A stretch of DNA of 64,000 nt, taken from positions 103,204-167,203 of the forward strand of contig OZ246405.1 of assembly GCA_965231005.1 (NCBI GenBank), in the 5' to 3' direction. Under the pieces are notes generated by a model. The model was given only the letters and a program-made list of their open reading frames with translations. It had not been told where the DNA came from and ran no database searches. Below, one piece after another: positions 1-9,820 of this stretch; the stretch's first letter is position 1, and every line of letters begins with the position of its first letter. This stretch comes from an uncultured Gammaproteobacteria bacterium. GTDB lineage: Bacteria; Patescibacteriota; Patescibacteriia; Magasanikbacterales; UBA922. The translations under genes and the position numbers were made by a program.

Positions 1-207
1 CAACCAAATAGTAAGTCCCAACTATGCTCTGCCCTATTAGGACTGCAATCAATATTGGATTTATAGAAAGTCCAAGCCAGTACAATGCCAAGAGCGTAAT
101 CCATGTGGCGCTCACACTTAGACATAGCACACAAAATTTCATTTTTGTAATCTGCTTTATACCAAGAAGAATCAAAAAAGATATTGTAATGCTAATGAAT
201 ATAATAA

Positions 208-732
208 TCATAATCCAAATTCAATGATTAGCGCAGCAGCAGAAAGAAGAAGAAATGTAATTGCTATCCCCTGATAAGGGATCATCTTTCCTTTTCTTTT
301 TTCTTTTATCCATGAACTCATATATGGAGAAGCTACTAAGATTACAGCTCCAATAATACTCCCTACGAAAAATCTATTTACAAGATACACATTGTGCAAA
401 ATCGATCCGTATTCGCCATAGATTCCTACATACACAGAGCCTGCGTCTGTCATTAGAGAAATAAGCGGAATAACTGTTGTAACAAAGGAGATGATGGCAA
501 TAAGGAGATCTTGATGCGGAATATATTTCTTCTTTATGAGTCGTGCAATCCACAAACCCATTGCAACAGAAAATGCACCAACAAATATCCCAATACTTGT
601 TTGACCAATACCAAGCCAAGCAGCCCCCACTGCTGCAGCACCAGCACCTGCTGTACAAAGTGGACAGTGTGCAAATGCTGCAGCTGGGAAAAGGAGAAGC
701 AATGGCATGATTATTGTGTATATTTTTTTCAT
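208..732 (-). CDS. Polytopic membrane protein with N-terminal HCPLC (CxxC) motif; possible metal-handling membrane protein
   Basis: 174-aa ORF, signal/TM segments, AHCPLCTAGAG motif. First gene of a cluster with DUF411, DsbA-like and Met/His-rich proteins. Confidence 0.45.
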   Translation of the reverse strand: MKKIYTIIMPLLLLFPAAAFAHCPLCTAGAGAAAVGAAWLGIGQTSIGIFVGAFSVAMGLWIARLIKKKYIPHQDLLIAIISFVTTVIPLISLMTDAGSVYVGIYGEYGSILHNVYLVNRFFVGSIIGAVILVASPYMSSWIKEKRKGKMIPYQGIAITFLLLSAAALIIEFGL

Positions 733-734
733 AC

Positions 735-1211
735 CTATAATTTCATGAATTCAGTTTTGTTTCCTTCTGCGTCCATTCCAAAGATATGAAACTCTTCTGT
801 TTTTCTGCCTGGCATTCCTGGAGATCCAGACGGCATTCCTGGCATAGCAATACTAGCAAGGCCACTGTCGTCATTAACAAATGCTTCTACTGCTTCTAGT
901 GGAATATGTCCTTCTACAACTTTGTCTCCAAATACAGATGTGTGACAACTTTGTAATTCCAGAGGGATATTGTACTTGTCTTTTATACTGTTCATGTCAT
1001 GTGTTTCAACAATTTCAACATCATATCCTGCACGTTTTAGATAACTCGCATAGTTTCCACAACAACCACATGTTGGTGATTTGTATACTGTTACAGTTTT
1101 AGCCGAGACGATTTCTGTTGGTTTTACTATTTTTTGTTCTGGAGAATAGACAAGCATAATTCCCACAACAACAAAAACTCCAACAAAAAACCAAATAATA
1201 TTTTTAGTCAT
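735..1211 (-). CDS. DUF411 (CopG-like) metal-binding protein with CGCC motif
   Basis: 158 aa, N-terminal TM anchor, SPTCGCCGNY motif typical of DUF411 proteins found in copper-resistance loci. Confidence 0.55.
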   Translation of the reverse strand: MTKNIIWFFVGVFVVVGIMLVYSPEQKIVKPTEIVSAKTVTVYKSPTCGCCGNYASYLKRAGYDVEIVETHDMNSIKDKYNIPLELQSCHTSVFGDKVVEGHIPLEAVEAFVNDDSGLASIAMPGMPSGSPGMPGRKTEEFHIFGMDAEGNKTEFMKL

Positions 1212-1220
1212 AATGAATAG

Positions 1221-1982
1221 TTATGATTGAAGGAATGCATCAATAACAGTTTTTACCTGCTCATATGGCTGAGCACCGTTAATAGGTATTTTTTCATCTC
1301 CTGCAATAAGGATTGAATATGGTGTGCCACGAAGCCCCGCAGTTTCAGCATCACGTAATTGATCCATTACCTTTTGTTTGTGTTTACCAGAATCAAGACA
1401 GGTTTCAAACTTTTTTCTGTTCAATCCTGCGTACTCTGCAATTTCCGGAAACTGTAACGCAGCAAGTCCATCATTGGACGGCGTTATCTCGAATAAACGA
1501 TCCGCATACTTCCAAAATCCTTTGTTCCCACCCAATTCTCCAGCACATTCAAGTGCTTCTGCTTCTTTTACTGCCTTTCTATGAAGCGATGTAAGTGGTG
1601 CATGACGATAAACCCATTTTACTTTGTCACCATACTCATCAATGATTTGATTCATAGTATTGTGAAATCGTTTACAGAATGGGCATTCAGTGTCAGAAAA
1701 TTCTACAATAGTAATGTCTGCATTTTTGCCTCCTTTATACCAATCTTTATCAGTGACTTCTGCAAGAGTAATCTTTCCAGATCCCTGTGGCACTGGAACT
1801 GTTGGTTGTGCAGCTGTTCCAGAATCCTTTACAACATTTCCAGAGGATGTATTTCCAGAAAGAAAAAAACCAAGAAGGATAAAAAATCCAATAGTACAAA
1901 GAACAAGTATTCCACCTACTACTCCACTTAAAAAAGCTTTTTTCGTAGATGCTTCATCTCCTTTTTTTATGTGTTGATCCAT
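1221..1982 (-). CDS. DsbA-like thioredoxin-fold thiol:disulfide oxidoreductase (membrane anchored)
   Basis: 253 aa, N-terminal TM anchor, CPFC active-site motif (VEFSDTECPFCKRFH). Confidence 0.7.
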   Translation of the reverse strand: MDQHIKKGDEASTKKAFLSGVVGGILVLCTIGFFILLGFFLSGNTSSGNVVKDSGTAAQPTVPVPQGSGKITLAEVTDKDWYKGGKNADITIVEFSDTECPFCKRFHNTMNQIIDEYGDKVKWVYRHAPLTSLHRKAVKEAEALECAGELGGNKGFWKYADRLFEITPSNDGLAALQFPEIAEYAGLNRKKFETCLDSGKHKQKVMDQLRDAETAGLRGTPYSILIAGDEKIPINGAQPYEQVKTVIDAFLQS

Positions 1983-2053
1983 AACAAAAATTTATGTAAA
2001 TAAAAAATTCTACTGCTTGTTTGCAAAATACAAATAAAGCCAGTAGAACATTT

Positions 2054-2488
2054 TTACCAAATTTTTGGATGGAGAATTCCTGTTCTAAATAATGATATCA
2101 AAAATATATTGCACTTCCATATTTCCCTTTTTAACCTCAGGTATGCCGAAGATATGGAAAATGAATATAGATTGTTAAGGTAAAAAATCGCAACAGCAAA
2201 AAATGAAACAAAGAAAAATAGAGAATGCACTTGCTCAGTTGGCAAAACAAAAAGAGGAAGTTCATGTTCTGCAGAAAACGCACCTTGCTCCACACTGCAG
2301 CAAGGCATAGTATGATTCATGTGCCCACTATCCATGTCATTCATTGTTGCAAACATCATACCAAAAGAACCACCTCTGCAAAAAAAGAGTGTTGCTGCTA
2401 ATAATAGAATTGTTATAAGTCGAAAGTATGTTTTTGACATAAAACTAATAATCAAAATTATATTAGCACAACTTCTGCCCAATAACAA
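2054..2488 (-). CDS. Met/His/Cys-rich small membrane protein (putative copper-binding); likely true start at MSKTYF about 2440
   Basis: Segment MMFATMNDMDSGHMNHTMPCC resembles Met/His-rich Cu-binding motifs. TM segments on both sides. Confidence 0.4.
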   Translation of the reverse strand: MLLGRSCANIILIISFMSKTYFRLITILLLAATLFFCRGGSFGMMFATMNDMDSGHMNHTMPCCSVEQGAFSAEHELPLFVLPTEQVHSLFFFVSFFAVAIFYLNNLYSFSISSAYLRLKREIWKCNIFLISLFRTGILHPKIW

Positions 2489-2547
2489 ACCTCCCGGCCT
2501 AAAGGCCGGGAGAGTTTTAAACTGTACTTAAAGTATTGTAGAATCCC

Positions 2548-3564
2548 TTACCACCGACTACACACTGTTTTCATAAGTGCAGAACATACTTTGTACGGAT
2601 CCATGTTTGCTGCTGGACGACGATCTTCTAAGTATCCTTTTCCATCATTTGCAGTTGTCATTGGGATACGGATTGATGCTCCTCTGTCGCTAACTCCATA
2701 ACGAAATTCATGAATGCTGCATGTTTCATGAAGTCCTGTAAGACGTTCATGATTATCTGAACCATATACAGTAATATGATCTTGATGTCGTGCACGCAAT
2801 TTTTCACAAGCCTGATTAATCACTTCAATACCACCGTCTGAGCGCATTGCTTTTGTGGAAAAATTAGTGTGTGCGCCAGCACCATTCCAATCACCTTTTA
2901 CTGGTTTTGGATCAAGTGTTGCAATGACTCCATATTCTTCTGCAATCCTATAAAGAAGCCAACGTGCTAACCAAATCTGATCTGACACAGCAAGTGGACC
3001 AAGTGGACCAATTTGAAATTCCCATTGTGCAGGCATGACTTCTGCATTGATTCCTGAAATTGATAAACCTGCTTTCATACATGCATCCATGTGTTCTTCA
3101 ACAATGTCACGACCAAACACTTCATCTGCTCCTACACCACAATAGTATCCACCTTGTGGTGCTGGAAAACCATTTTTTGGCCAACCAAGAGGTCTTGATC
3201 CTTTAAAAAAAGTATATTCTTGTTCAATTCCAAACCATGCTTCTTCATCTTTGTACATGTTTGCAATTTCTGCAAGCTCTGCACGTGTGTTGCTTTCATG
3301 AACACTTCCATCTGCATTTAAAACTTCACACATGACAATGATGTCATCTTCTCCACGAATTGGATCTGGAATAAAGTATACAGGCTTTAACATGCAATCA
3401 CTTGATTCTCCTGTTGCTTGTTCTGTACTTGATCCATCAAACCCCCAATCTGGCAAATCCTCCAAACGTTGAATTCTACTATCTAAAATTTTTGTTTTGG
3501 AACGCAGCTTTGCTGTTGGTTTTTGCCCATCGATCCAAATGTACTCTGCTCTAATCTTTGACAT
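2548..3564 (-). CDS. glnII: Glutamine synthetase, type II (eukaryote-like GSII)
   Basis: 338 aa, N-terminus AEYIWIDGQ..LRSKTK matches the GSII family; length fits GSII, not GSI. Confidence 0.85.
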   Translation of the reverse strand: MSKIRAEYIWIDGQKPTAKLRSKTKILDSRIQRLEDLPDWGFDGSSTEQATGESSDCMLKPVYFIPDPIRGEDDIIVMCEVLNADGSVHESNTRAELAEIANMYKDEEAWFGIEQEYTFFKGSRPLGWPKNGFPAPQGGYYCGVGADEVFGRDIVEEHMDACMKAGLSISGINAEVMPAQWEFQIGPLGPLAVSDQIWLARWLLYRIAEEYGVIATLDPKPVKGDWNGAGAHTNFSTKAMRSDGGIEVINQACEKLRARHQDHITVYGSDNHERLTGLHETCSIHEFRYGVSDRGASIRIPMTTANDGKGYLEDRRPAANMDPYKVCSALMKTVCSRW

Positions 3565-3745
3565 ACATTAAAATTTTAAAAATAAAAAAACCTCTGACTG
3601 ACAGGCTTATTTTTTGTTAAATTCAGTATAACAAATATACAAGGACGCACAAGTGGATAAGTACTCCCTCTTGATACCTTCTATCAGATGTGATATGTTG
3701 CCTTTGGCATTCAGGTTCTTGTAACAACAAAACAAGGAGGACACT

Positions 3746-4696
3746 ATGAAGCCGACACTTTTTGAAGAACTTCTTGCGCTCGGACGATTTCTGGAAGGCG
3801 AGCTTGGCAAGATCCCAAAGGTCCTGCTGATGACTGGCTCTGGCGAGAACGCAATCGGAGAAGCACTCGAAGGTCCGGAGAGCCTGAGATTCCAAGACAT
3901 ACCTGCCATGCAACGCATTCTGGAGGGCAAGCCCCCTCCCAAAGGGCATGGAAGGCGCCTTTTGAAGGGCAAACTTGGAGGAGAAGAAATTGTCGTTTCG
4001 CAAGGGCGATTGCACGGCTACGGTGGATTCAAAGGTCCTGAGATTGTGCTGCTTCAGCAAGCACTCATGCTCATGGGCGTGGAAATCATCTGCCTCAGCA
4101 ATGCTGCAGGTGGTGCAAGTCATCAGTACAAGAAGGGAGATCTGGCCCTGATCCAAGATCTGTGCCTGCTCTTTTGCAACAATCCACTCACAGGTGGAAA
4201 CGACAAACGACTTGGACCGCGAAATCCTCCTGTCGCACCCATGTTCTCCCCGAACCTGAGAGCATATGTTCATCGAATGGCTAAGCAGGCTGGAATTAAT
4301 CTGTCTCCTCACGAAGCAGATTACTTTCCAACATTCGGTCCCCAGTACGACACCCCCATGGATGTAAGGCTCGCAAACGGATGCGGTGCAACAGCAATCG
4401 GGATGTCGACTGTGCCAGCTGCAATTGCTGCTGCACACATGGGAGTACTCCGAATCGGATTCACCAAGATCACGAACATGTGCCCTGGTTACGAACCCAA
4501 GGGTCAGAACGACGAAGACAAGGAACTCGACCACAGTGGCGTGACTGACACCGGAGAAAGGATCACCGAAGAAAAACTCCTCCCGCTTCTCATCGCCATC
4601 CTTCCTGGACTGGTCGAAGCAGCTGGAAACGAGCTGATGATTCCTCGGTCACGACCCTACGCACGACTTCGCGCAGAAGGCTTCCCTGGCTACTAG
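3746..4696 (+). CDS. Purine nucleoside phosphorylase (PNP/MTAP family), encoded in a GC-rich island
   Basis: Motifs LLMTGSGEN, GRLHGYGGF and SNAAGG. Strong RBS AAGGAGGACACT before the ATG. GC content far above the flanks. Confidence 0.7.
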   Translation: MKPTLFEELLALGRFLEGELGKIPKVLLMTGSGENAIGEALEGPESLRFQDIPAMQRILEGKPPPKGHGRRLLKGKLGGEEIVVSQGRLHGYGGFKGPEIVLLQQALMLMGVEIICLSNAAGGASHQYKKGDLALIQDLCLLFCNNPLTGGNDKRLGPRNPPVAPMFSPNLRAYVHRMAKQAGINLSPHEADYFPTFGPQYDTPMDVRLANGCGATAIGMSTVPAAIAAAHMGVLRIGFTKITNMCPGYEPKGQNDEDKELDHSGVTDTGERITEEKLLPLLIAILPGLVEAAGNELMIPRSRPYARLRAEGFPGY

Positions 4697-4727
4697 TTCT
4701 TTTTGGAGACAACCGAACTTACGTTTC

Positions 4728-4765
4728 GAGGCGTACTACACTGTGGTACGCCTCTTTCTTTTTTA
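4728..4765 (+). terminator. Rho-independent terminator after the PNP gene
   Basis: GAGGCGTAC..GTACGCCTC stem followed by a T-run. Confidence 0.7.
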
Positions 4766-5119
4766 AACAATTAACAACTAACAATTAACAATTACCAACT
4801 TAGTATAGAAGATTTTTCGTCGAAAAGTATATTTTATATTATCTAATATCTACTATTTAATATCTAGTATTTTTAGTATAGGTTGCTCTCAACGTACAAA
4901 ACTTCTTTATATATTGCATGCGTTTATTCAATTTATCATCCATCCGGAATACAGATTCTATATATTAGATAATAGATAGTAGATATTAAAACTGTCCATA
5001 TTCTTTAAGAATTTTTCTATGCTAGTTTGTTAGTTGCTAATTGTTAATTGCTAATTTCTTTTTGTGAATATATAATTGAACTAAGCCGATCCCTCGGCAC
5101 ATATCATTAATATAATCAT

Positions 5120-5212
5120 ATGGAATGCACATATTGTGGCGCGCCAGTTGAAGAATTTGCGTGCTATGACTGTGAAGCCTGCGAAGGATGTGGATGCATG
5201 TGTGATAAGTAA
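5120..5212 (+). CDS. 30-aa cysteine-rich peptide MECTYCGAPVEEFACYDCEACEGCGCMCDK (8 Cys); apparently leaderless
   Basis: In-frame ATG..TAA. TATAAT sits 4 nt before the ATG with no SD sequence. Its own hairpin terminator follows directly. Below the size cutoff of the ORF track. Confidence 0.4.
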   Translation: MECTYCGAPVEEFACYDCEACEGCGCMCDK

Positions 5213-5235
5213 TCCATGCAGGAACTCTGTATACC

Positions 5236-5268
5236 AAAACAAGCCCGGATAAGGCTTGTTTTGTTTTT
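5236..5268. terminator. Bidirectional rho-independent terminator (Cys-peptide gene / convergent hrpA)
   Basis: AACAAGCC cggata AGGCTTGTT hairpin with an A-run before and a T-run after. Confidence 0.65.
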
Positions 5269-5326
5269 AAAAAAAATGACAGTAGAGCCAATAAAAGTCT
5301 CTTAAATTTTTTTGCCTTTTTGCCTT

Positions 5327-8300
5327 TTAAGAAAGATGTTCTGCAATCAAATCTTCTGCAGCCATTCTAATTTCATCTGCCGACAATGTCTTATCTTTTG
5401 AAATTTTTATTAATTCTGCCTGAATAGCCTTCAATCCATCGTCTGTTAATTCCCCTTCCCATTCTTTTTCCACAACAGGAACAACTGCCTTTACAATCTG
5501 ATCATATACATCATACCATCGTGTACGGACATTTCCTTCTACAAGTGCTGCTTCTCGTGCACTCCGTTTTGCATCGTTCATAACAGCATCTACTAAACCA
5601 CGAAGTCTATCAATTGCAATGCCTTCATGATCTTCTCTAATCCGTGCCACTCGTCGCGAAACATCTTTCACACGTTTTTTTGCTTTTGCTAAATTTTTTG
5701 CACCACGAATATCATGATTTCCTGCAGGCTCAGTTTCCCGAGTTGCTTGGACAAGAGCCAAAGCAAGATCTAATTGTTTTAATAATGTAGTCCTTTGGTC
5801 TTCTGACTCGTCCTCTCTACGTATTCCTTCTGAAAAAAGCATATTAGAAAGTCTTTCTGCAGTTGGATCCATTGACTTTCCACCTCGTCTCCCTTCTCCT
5901 TGTACTTCATACATGATTGTAGGGTCAATTCCTTTAGCCATAGCAACCTTTGTATCAAGACGTGTTTTTGTCGCAATAGACTCATTTGTATTTTCTTCAG
6001 CTTCTTCCTGTGTACGAAAATATCGAAAAGAAAATTCTGGATTATCACTGTGTCTACCCCATCCTTGTATCCCAAGATAAGCATATATAGGCTGGCCATC
6101 AAACCTATTTCCAATTTCGACCTTCTTTTTTAAACCATGTTCTTGTGCAGTTGGCAATGGTCGCAGTTGCCGTGAAGCAATATTCCTGGGTTGCCCTTCT
6201 TGAGTTTTATAAAAATCCCAAAATTTCTCATCAGTATCCCTACGAACAAATTCATGATAAAGCGAAACAATTGTTCGTCTATCTGAAACATGAAACGGAG
6301 AATCAACAACAGATACCTCTACGATTAATCCATCACGTGCACGACCTAGTCTAGGCATTTCTGCAGGTCCAACTTTATAAATATCTTTTGCAGAAATTTT
6401 TATTTTTGCCTCAAATTTTTCTGGCTCAGTCCGTGAATACAATCTGACCGATCTATACTCTGGCTTATATGAATATTCCACTTCAACATCAACCCCATTC
6501 ATCTGTATTGTTGTTGGATAATATTCATTAAGATCTTCCAATTGTTCAACTTCAATGAGATCTCCTTCTTCTAAAAAGAAATCATCTTGTCTTTCTTCTA
6601 AAGCTGCCTTGGTATGAATATTTCCATGTTCACGTAACTTTCTTTCATACCACCCTGCCATGTCAAAATTCACAGAACTAATTCTTCCTTTTGATCGAGC
6701 ATAATACTGATCTACTCTCTTAATCATTGCCCCATTAATTCTTGTTACTCTTGTATCAACACTCCCTTGAGCCAAAGCTTTTGCAAATCCCTCAACCGCT
6801 AATTCAACATTTCGTATCGGTTCTTTTTTTTCTCCTGGCAAATTTTCACCTGCTCCTCTCACTCGAAATTTTACTGCATTATACACTGAATCAGTTTTTG
6901 GATCATATTTTAATTCTGTTGACTGGCGTTCTAATATGTGCGGCATGACTGCAATCATTTGTTCAGCATTTACTGGATGAATCCCGTGTGCATAATTTCT
7001 TTTTACCTCCATACCTCGTTGTTTTCCACTTCCTTCTGTAATGTGAGAGGTAATTGCAAACAATGGTTTTTTTTCAAAGGCCACAGAACCAGGAGAAGGG
7101 ACGATCGCTTTATACCCTCTTCCATTACTTTCAACCATAGAATATTCAGGTAATCCAAAACCACTATGCACTAAATACATAAGCTGATCTGCATGTGCAG
7201 AAAGAATAACAGCACCCAAGTCATCTGCGCCTGTGCTCATGAGTGTATCTTGATACGTATCCAAATCAATCTTTACTCCAGCATATTTTGCAAAATCTTT
7301 TAACCTGCGCGCAATATTTTTTAAAGTTTTTGCATTTATATAATTTGCTCGACACCATTTTTCTAACTTTTTATTTGCAGCACGACCTTCATTTCCATTT
7401 CTATGAACTGCAGTAAATAATCCTTCATCAACAGCTTTAACAAGAACTGAAATATTTCTTAACCAGTCAGAATCCCCAAGATTAAATTTAGACTGAATCT
7501 CTTTTACTCTTGCACGTGCACTTGCTCTTTTTTCTCTATTATCAAAACCAAACGCCTCATCAACATCTTTTCGTGAAGGACCCATGAACACATTCCCAAA
7601 TTGATTAAACGCAGCAAGAGCAATTGTTGCATCAATACACCCACGTTTTTTTCCTTCTACAATCATTCTTGCAATTCGTGGTTCAAAACCAAGATCTTTC
7701 ATTTCCATTCCAACATCAGTCAATGCTTCTTTTTCATCAAGTGCACCAAGAATTTGTAATTCCTTTATGCCCTGTCTTACAGCATTTGGATCTGGAGCAT
7801 CTATAAAAGGAAAAGTTTTTGGATCTAAGCCATATGATTTCAATCTCAATACAACCTGCGATAAATTTGATTGATGAATTTCAGAATCTGGATGTTGTTT
7901 CAATGCTTCAAATCTCTTTTCTGGAATAAGCCTATAACAATGTCCTTCTTGAACACGACCAGCTCTTCCAGCACGCTGCTCTGCCTGATCTTTTGAAATA
8001 AATCCTGTTCCCATTTCTGTAATTCCTGTGTCTGGATTAAATTTCACAGATCGTTCCCGACATGAATCAACAACAGCAGTAATACCAGGAACCGTTAACG
8101 ATGTTTCAGCAATATTTGTACATACGATGATGCGACGCTGTATTCCTGCTGGTTTCTTTCCTCTTATCACATCTTGTCTATCATCTTCTGGCAACCCTCC
8201 GTAAAGAGGCAATACTTCTAAACCAATATCTTCAAACTTTTGTCCTCTCTGAAGAATCAAATCTTCTAGATGACCAATCGTATCCATAATCTCTCTGCGG

Positions 8301-9148
8301 CCAGGCATAAATACAAGAACATCTCCTTTTGTTTCCACCACCGCACCTCCAGCCTTTTGAGCTGCAAGTTTTGTATATGGTATTTCTCTTCCTTCATGAG
8401 ATAACTCGTTTTGATCTACAAATTCTTTTTCAACTGGGTATGTTCGTCCTTCAATTTTTTCATGATCTTCATCATCAATACCGTAATAGTCTTGATATTT
8501 TTTCTTATCAAGTGTTGCTGTGGTAAGTAAAATGAGTGGTGCATTGTCTTCTTCATGCAACATTTTTAAAAGACCAAGAACAACATGATAATCAATAGAT
8601 GCTTCATGTAACTCATCAATAATAACTGCTCCAACTTTTTCCTTATCAATGCGGCCACTTGCAAGATATTGGAGCATAACTCCAGATGTCACAACAGATG
8701 TATGTGTATCACCAGAAAATCCTTTTCGCTCAGATGTTGAATATCCAACACCACGACCCAAATCTTCTTCTGAAACAGCTGCAACGGCATTTGCAATTCC
8801 TGTTGCAGCGTCCTTACGCGGCTGCATCATAACAATTTTGTCTGGTAATCCAAGTTCTTGCAAAGCCTCTCGCATTGCAACAGGAGAATATACAGATTTT
8901 CCAGAACCAGTTTCTCCTTCTAAAAGAGAAATGCCTTTTCTTTTTGCACTTTCAGTAATAAGAGATTTCAATTCTTTAAATCTTGTTCGAACTGGCAGAT
9001 CTTGAGACTCAATAAGTCGTTTTAATTCAGCCAAACGCCGTCGCATGCTTTCTACACCACTATCAGGACGTCCTCTGTCACCACGACGAGGATCAGACCC
9101 ATATCTGTCACTATTTTTTCTCCGTTTTCCACCATTTCCGTATGCCAT
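5327..9148 (-). CDS. hrpA: ATP-dependent RNA helicase HrpA (DEAH-box family) with long C-terminal region
   Basis: 1273 aa. GETGSGKS Walker A, DELHE, TNIAETSLTVPGI and QRAGRAGR motifs, HA2/OB-like downstream region. Confidence 0.85.
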   Translation of the reverse strand: MAYGNGGKRRKNSDRYGSDPRRGDRGRPDSGVESMRRRLAELKRLIESQDLPVRTRFKELKSLITESAKRKGISLLEGETGSGKSVYSPVAMREALQELGLPDKIVMMQPRKDAATGIANAVAAVSEEDLGRGVGYSTSERKGFSGDTHTSVVTSGVMLQYLASGRIDKEKVGAVIIDELHEASIDYHVVLGLLKMLHEEDNAPLILLTTATLDKKKYQDYYGIDDEDHEKIEGRTYPVEKEFVDQNELSHEGREIPYTKLAAQKAGGAVVETKGDVLVFMPGRREIMDTIGHLEDLILQRGQKFEDIGLEVLPLYGGLPEDDRQDVIRGKKPAGIQRRIIVCTNIAETSLTVPGITAVVDSCRERSVKFNPDTGITEMGTGFISKDQAEQRAGRAGRVQEGHCYRLIPEKRFEALKQHPDSEIHQSNLSQVVLRLKSYGLDPKTFPFIDAPDPNAVRQGIKELQILGALDEKEALTDVGMEMKDLGFEPRIARMIVEGKKRGCIDATIALAAFNQFGNVFMGPSRKDVDEAFGFDNREKRASARARVKEIQSKFNLGDSDWLRNISVLVKAVDEGLFTAVHRNGNEGRAANKKLEKWCRANYINAKTLKNIARRLKDFAKYAGVKIDLDTYQDTLMSTGADDLGAVILSAHADQLMYLVHSGFGLPEYSMVESNGRGYKAIVPSPGSVAFEKKPLFAITSHITEGSGKQRGMEVKRNYAHGIHPVNAEQMIAVMPHILERQSTELKYDPKTDSVYNAVKFRVRGAGENLPGEKKEPIRNVELAVEGFAKALAQGSVDTRVTRINGAMIKRVDQYYARSKGRISSVNFDMAGWYERKLREHGNIHTKAALEERQDDFFLEEGDLIEVEQLEDLNEYYPTTIQMNGVDVEVEYSYKPEYRSVRLYSRTEPEKFEAKIKISAKDIYKVGPAEMPRLGRARDGLIVEVSVVDSPFHVSDRRTIVSLYHEFVRRDTDEKFWDFYKTQEGQPRNIASRQLRPLPTAQEHGLKKKVEIGNRFDGQPIYAYLGIQGWGRHSDNPEFSFRYFRTQEEAEENTNESIATKTRLDTKVAMAKGIDPTIMYEVQGEGRRGGKSMDPTAERLSNMLFSEGIRREDESEDQRTTLLKQLDLALALVQATRETEPAGNHDIRGAKNLAKAKKRVKDVSRRVARIREDHEGIAIDRLRGLVDAVMNDAKRSAREAALVEGNVRTRWYDVYDQIVKAVVPVVEKEWEGELTDDGLKAIQAELIKISKDKTLSADEIRMAAEDLIAEHLS

Positions 9149-9149
9149 A

Positions 9150-9716
9150 CTATTTTAATTGAAATTTATTTACAAACAATGGACCAGCTGAAAGAGAAAA
9201 CCAATTTACAGAAAACAAAAACGGAACAACTGGGGCTGAACTTGTTAATGTAACAACATCTTTTTCTGATGAATGAGAATAAATATTTGTCAAAAATGCA
9301 CGCACGTCCTCTCCCACATCTTTCCAAATTTTTTCTATATCAAGTTCTAAATCTTTTTCACTATCTTCTTCTTGTGCCTTATCAAAAGCATCAAATTCTT
9401 GCTCAGACCAAAACATTGGCTGAGAAACATTGTGTGGTCGGATTATTTCTTCATCAGCTAACAGTGTAAACAATACGGTTGCTTCTTCATCTTCGTTTCT
9501 CCTATAAATAATTTCTGTAGCAACATCTTTTAAACGCAAAAACAACATTGCTATAAACAATGGTGGGGCTTGTCCAAATATTTCTACTGGTTCATTTTGA
9601 ATACCAGAAATCATGTGACGAATAAGATCTTCAAGCTTTTCTCTATCTTCTGCATAGGATGGACTAATCTCTGGAAGATCTATTCTATTGTATTCAAGAA
9701 GTGTCTCTGCATTCAT
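9150..9716 (-). CDS. Hypothetical acidic protein, probably co-transcribed with hrpA (1-nt intergenic gap)
   Basis: 188-aa ORF, E/D-rich, no recognisable motifs. Confidence 0.45.
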   Translation of the reverse strand: MNAETLLEYNRIDLPEISPSYAEDREKLEDLIRHMISGIQNEPVEIFGQAPPLFIAMLFLRLKDVATEIIYRRNEDEEATVLFTLLADEEIIRPHNVSQPMFWSEQEFDAFDKAQEEDSEKDLELDIEKIWKDVGEDVRAFLTNIYSHSSEKDVVTLTSSAPVVPFLFSVNWFSLSAGPLFVNKFQLK

Positions 9717-9755
9717 ATAATCTGTTTATGACACAATTATAACCTAACAAATAGC

Positions 9756-9820
9756 AAAAAACAATTAACAAATAACAAACTATGTAGGACTTGTTTTTTG
9801 TTAATTATTATTTGTTTTTT
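9756..9820. repeat. AT-rich inverted repeat built of AACAATTAACAA units (intergenic hairpin/terminator)
   Basis: AAAAAACAATTAACAAATAACAAAC ... GTTTTTTGTTAATTATTATTTGTTTTTT around a 12-bp centre. Confidence 0.6.

Noticed and set aside
24-227. 67-aa ORF at window start
   Set aside because: Low-complexity Ile-rich tail, overlaps a membrane-protein gene on the other strand, no support.
3623-4534. 303-aa minus-strand ORF overlapping the purine nucleoside phosphorylase gene
   Set aside because: Antisense ORF in a GC-rich gene. Cys/Leu/Arg-rich composition typical of antisense translation. PNP on the plus strand has clear family motifs and an RBS.
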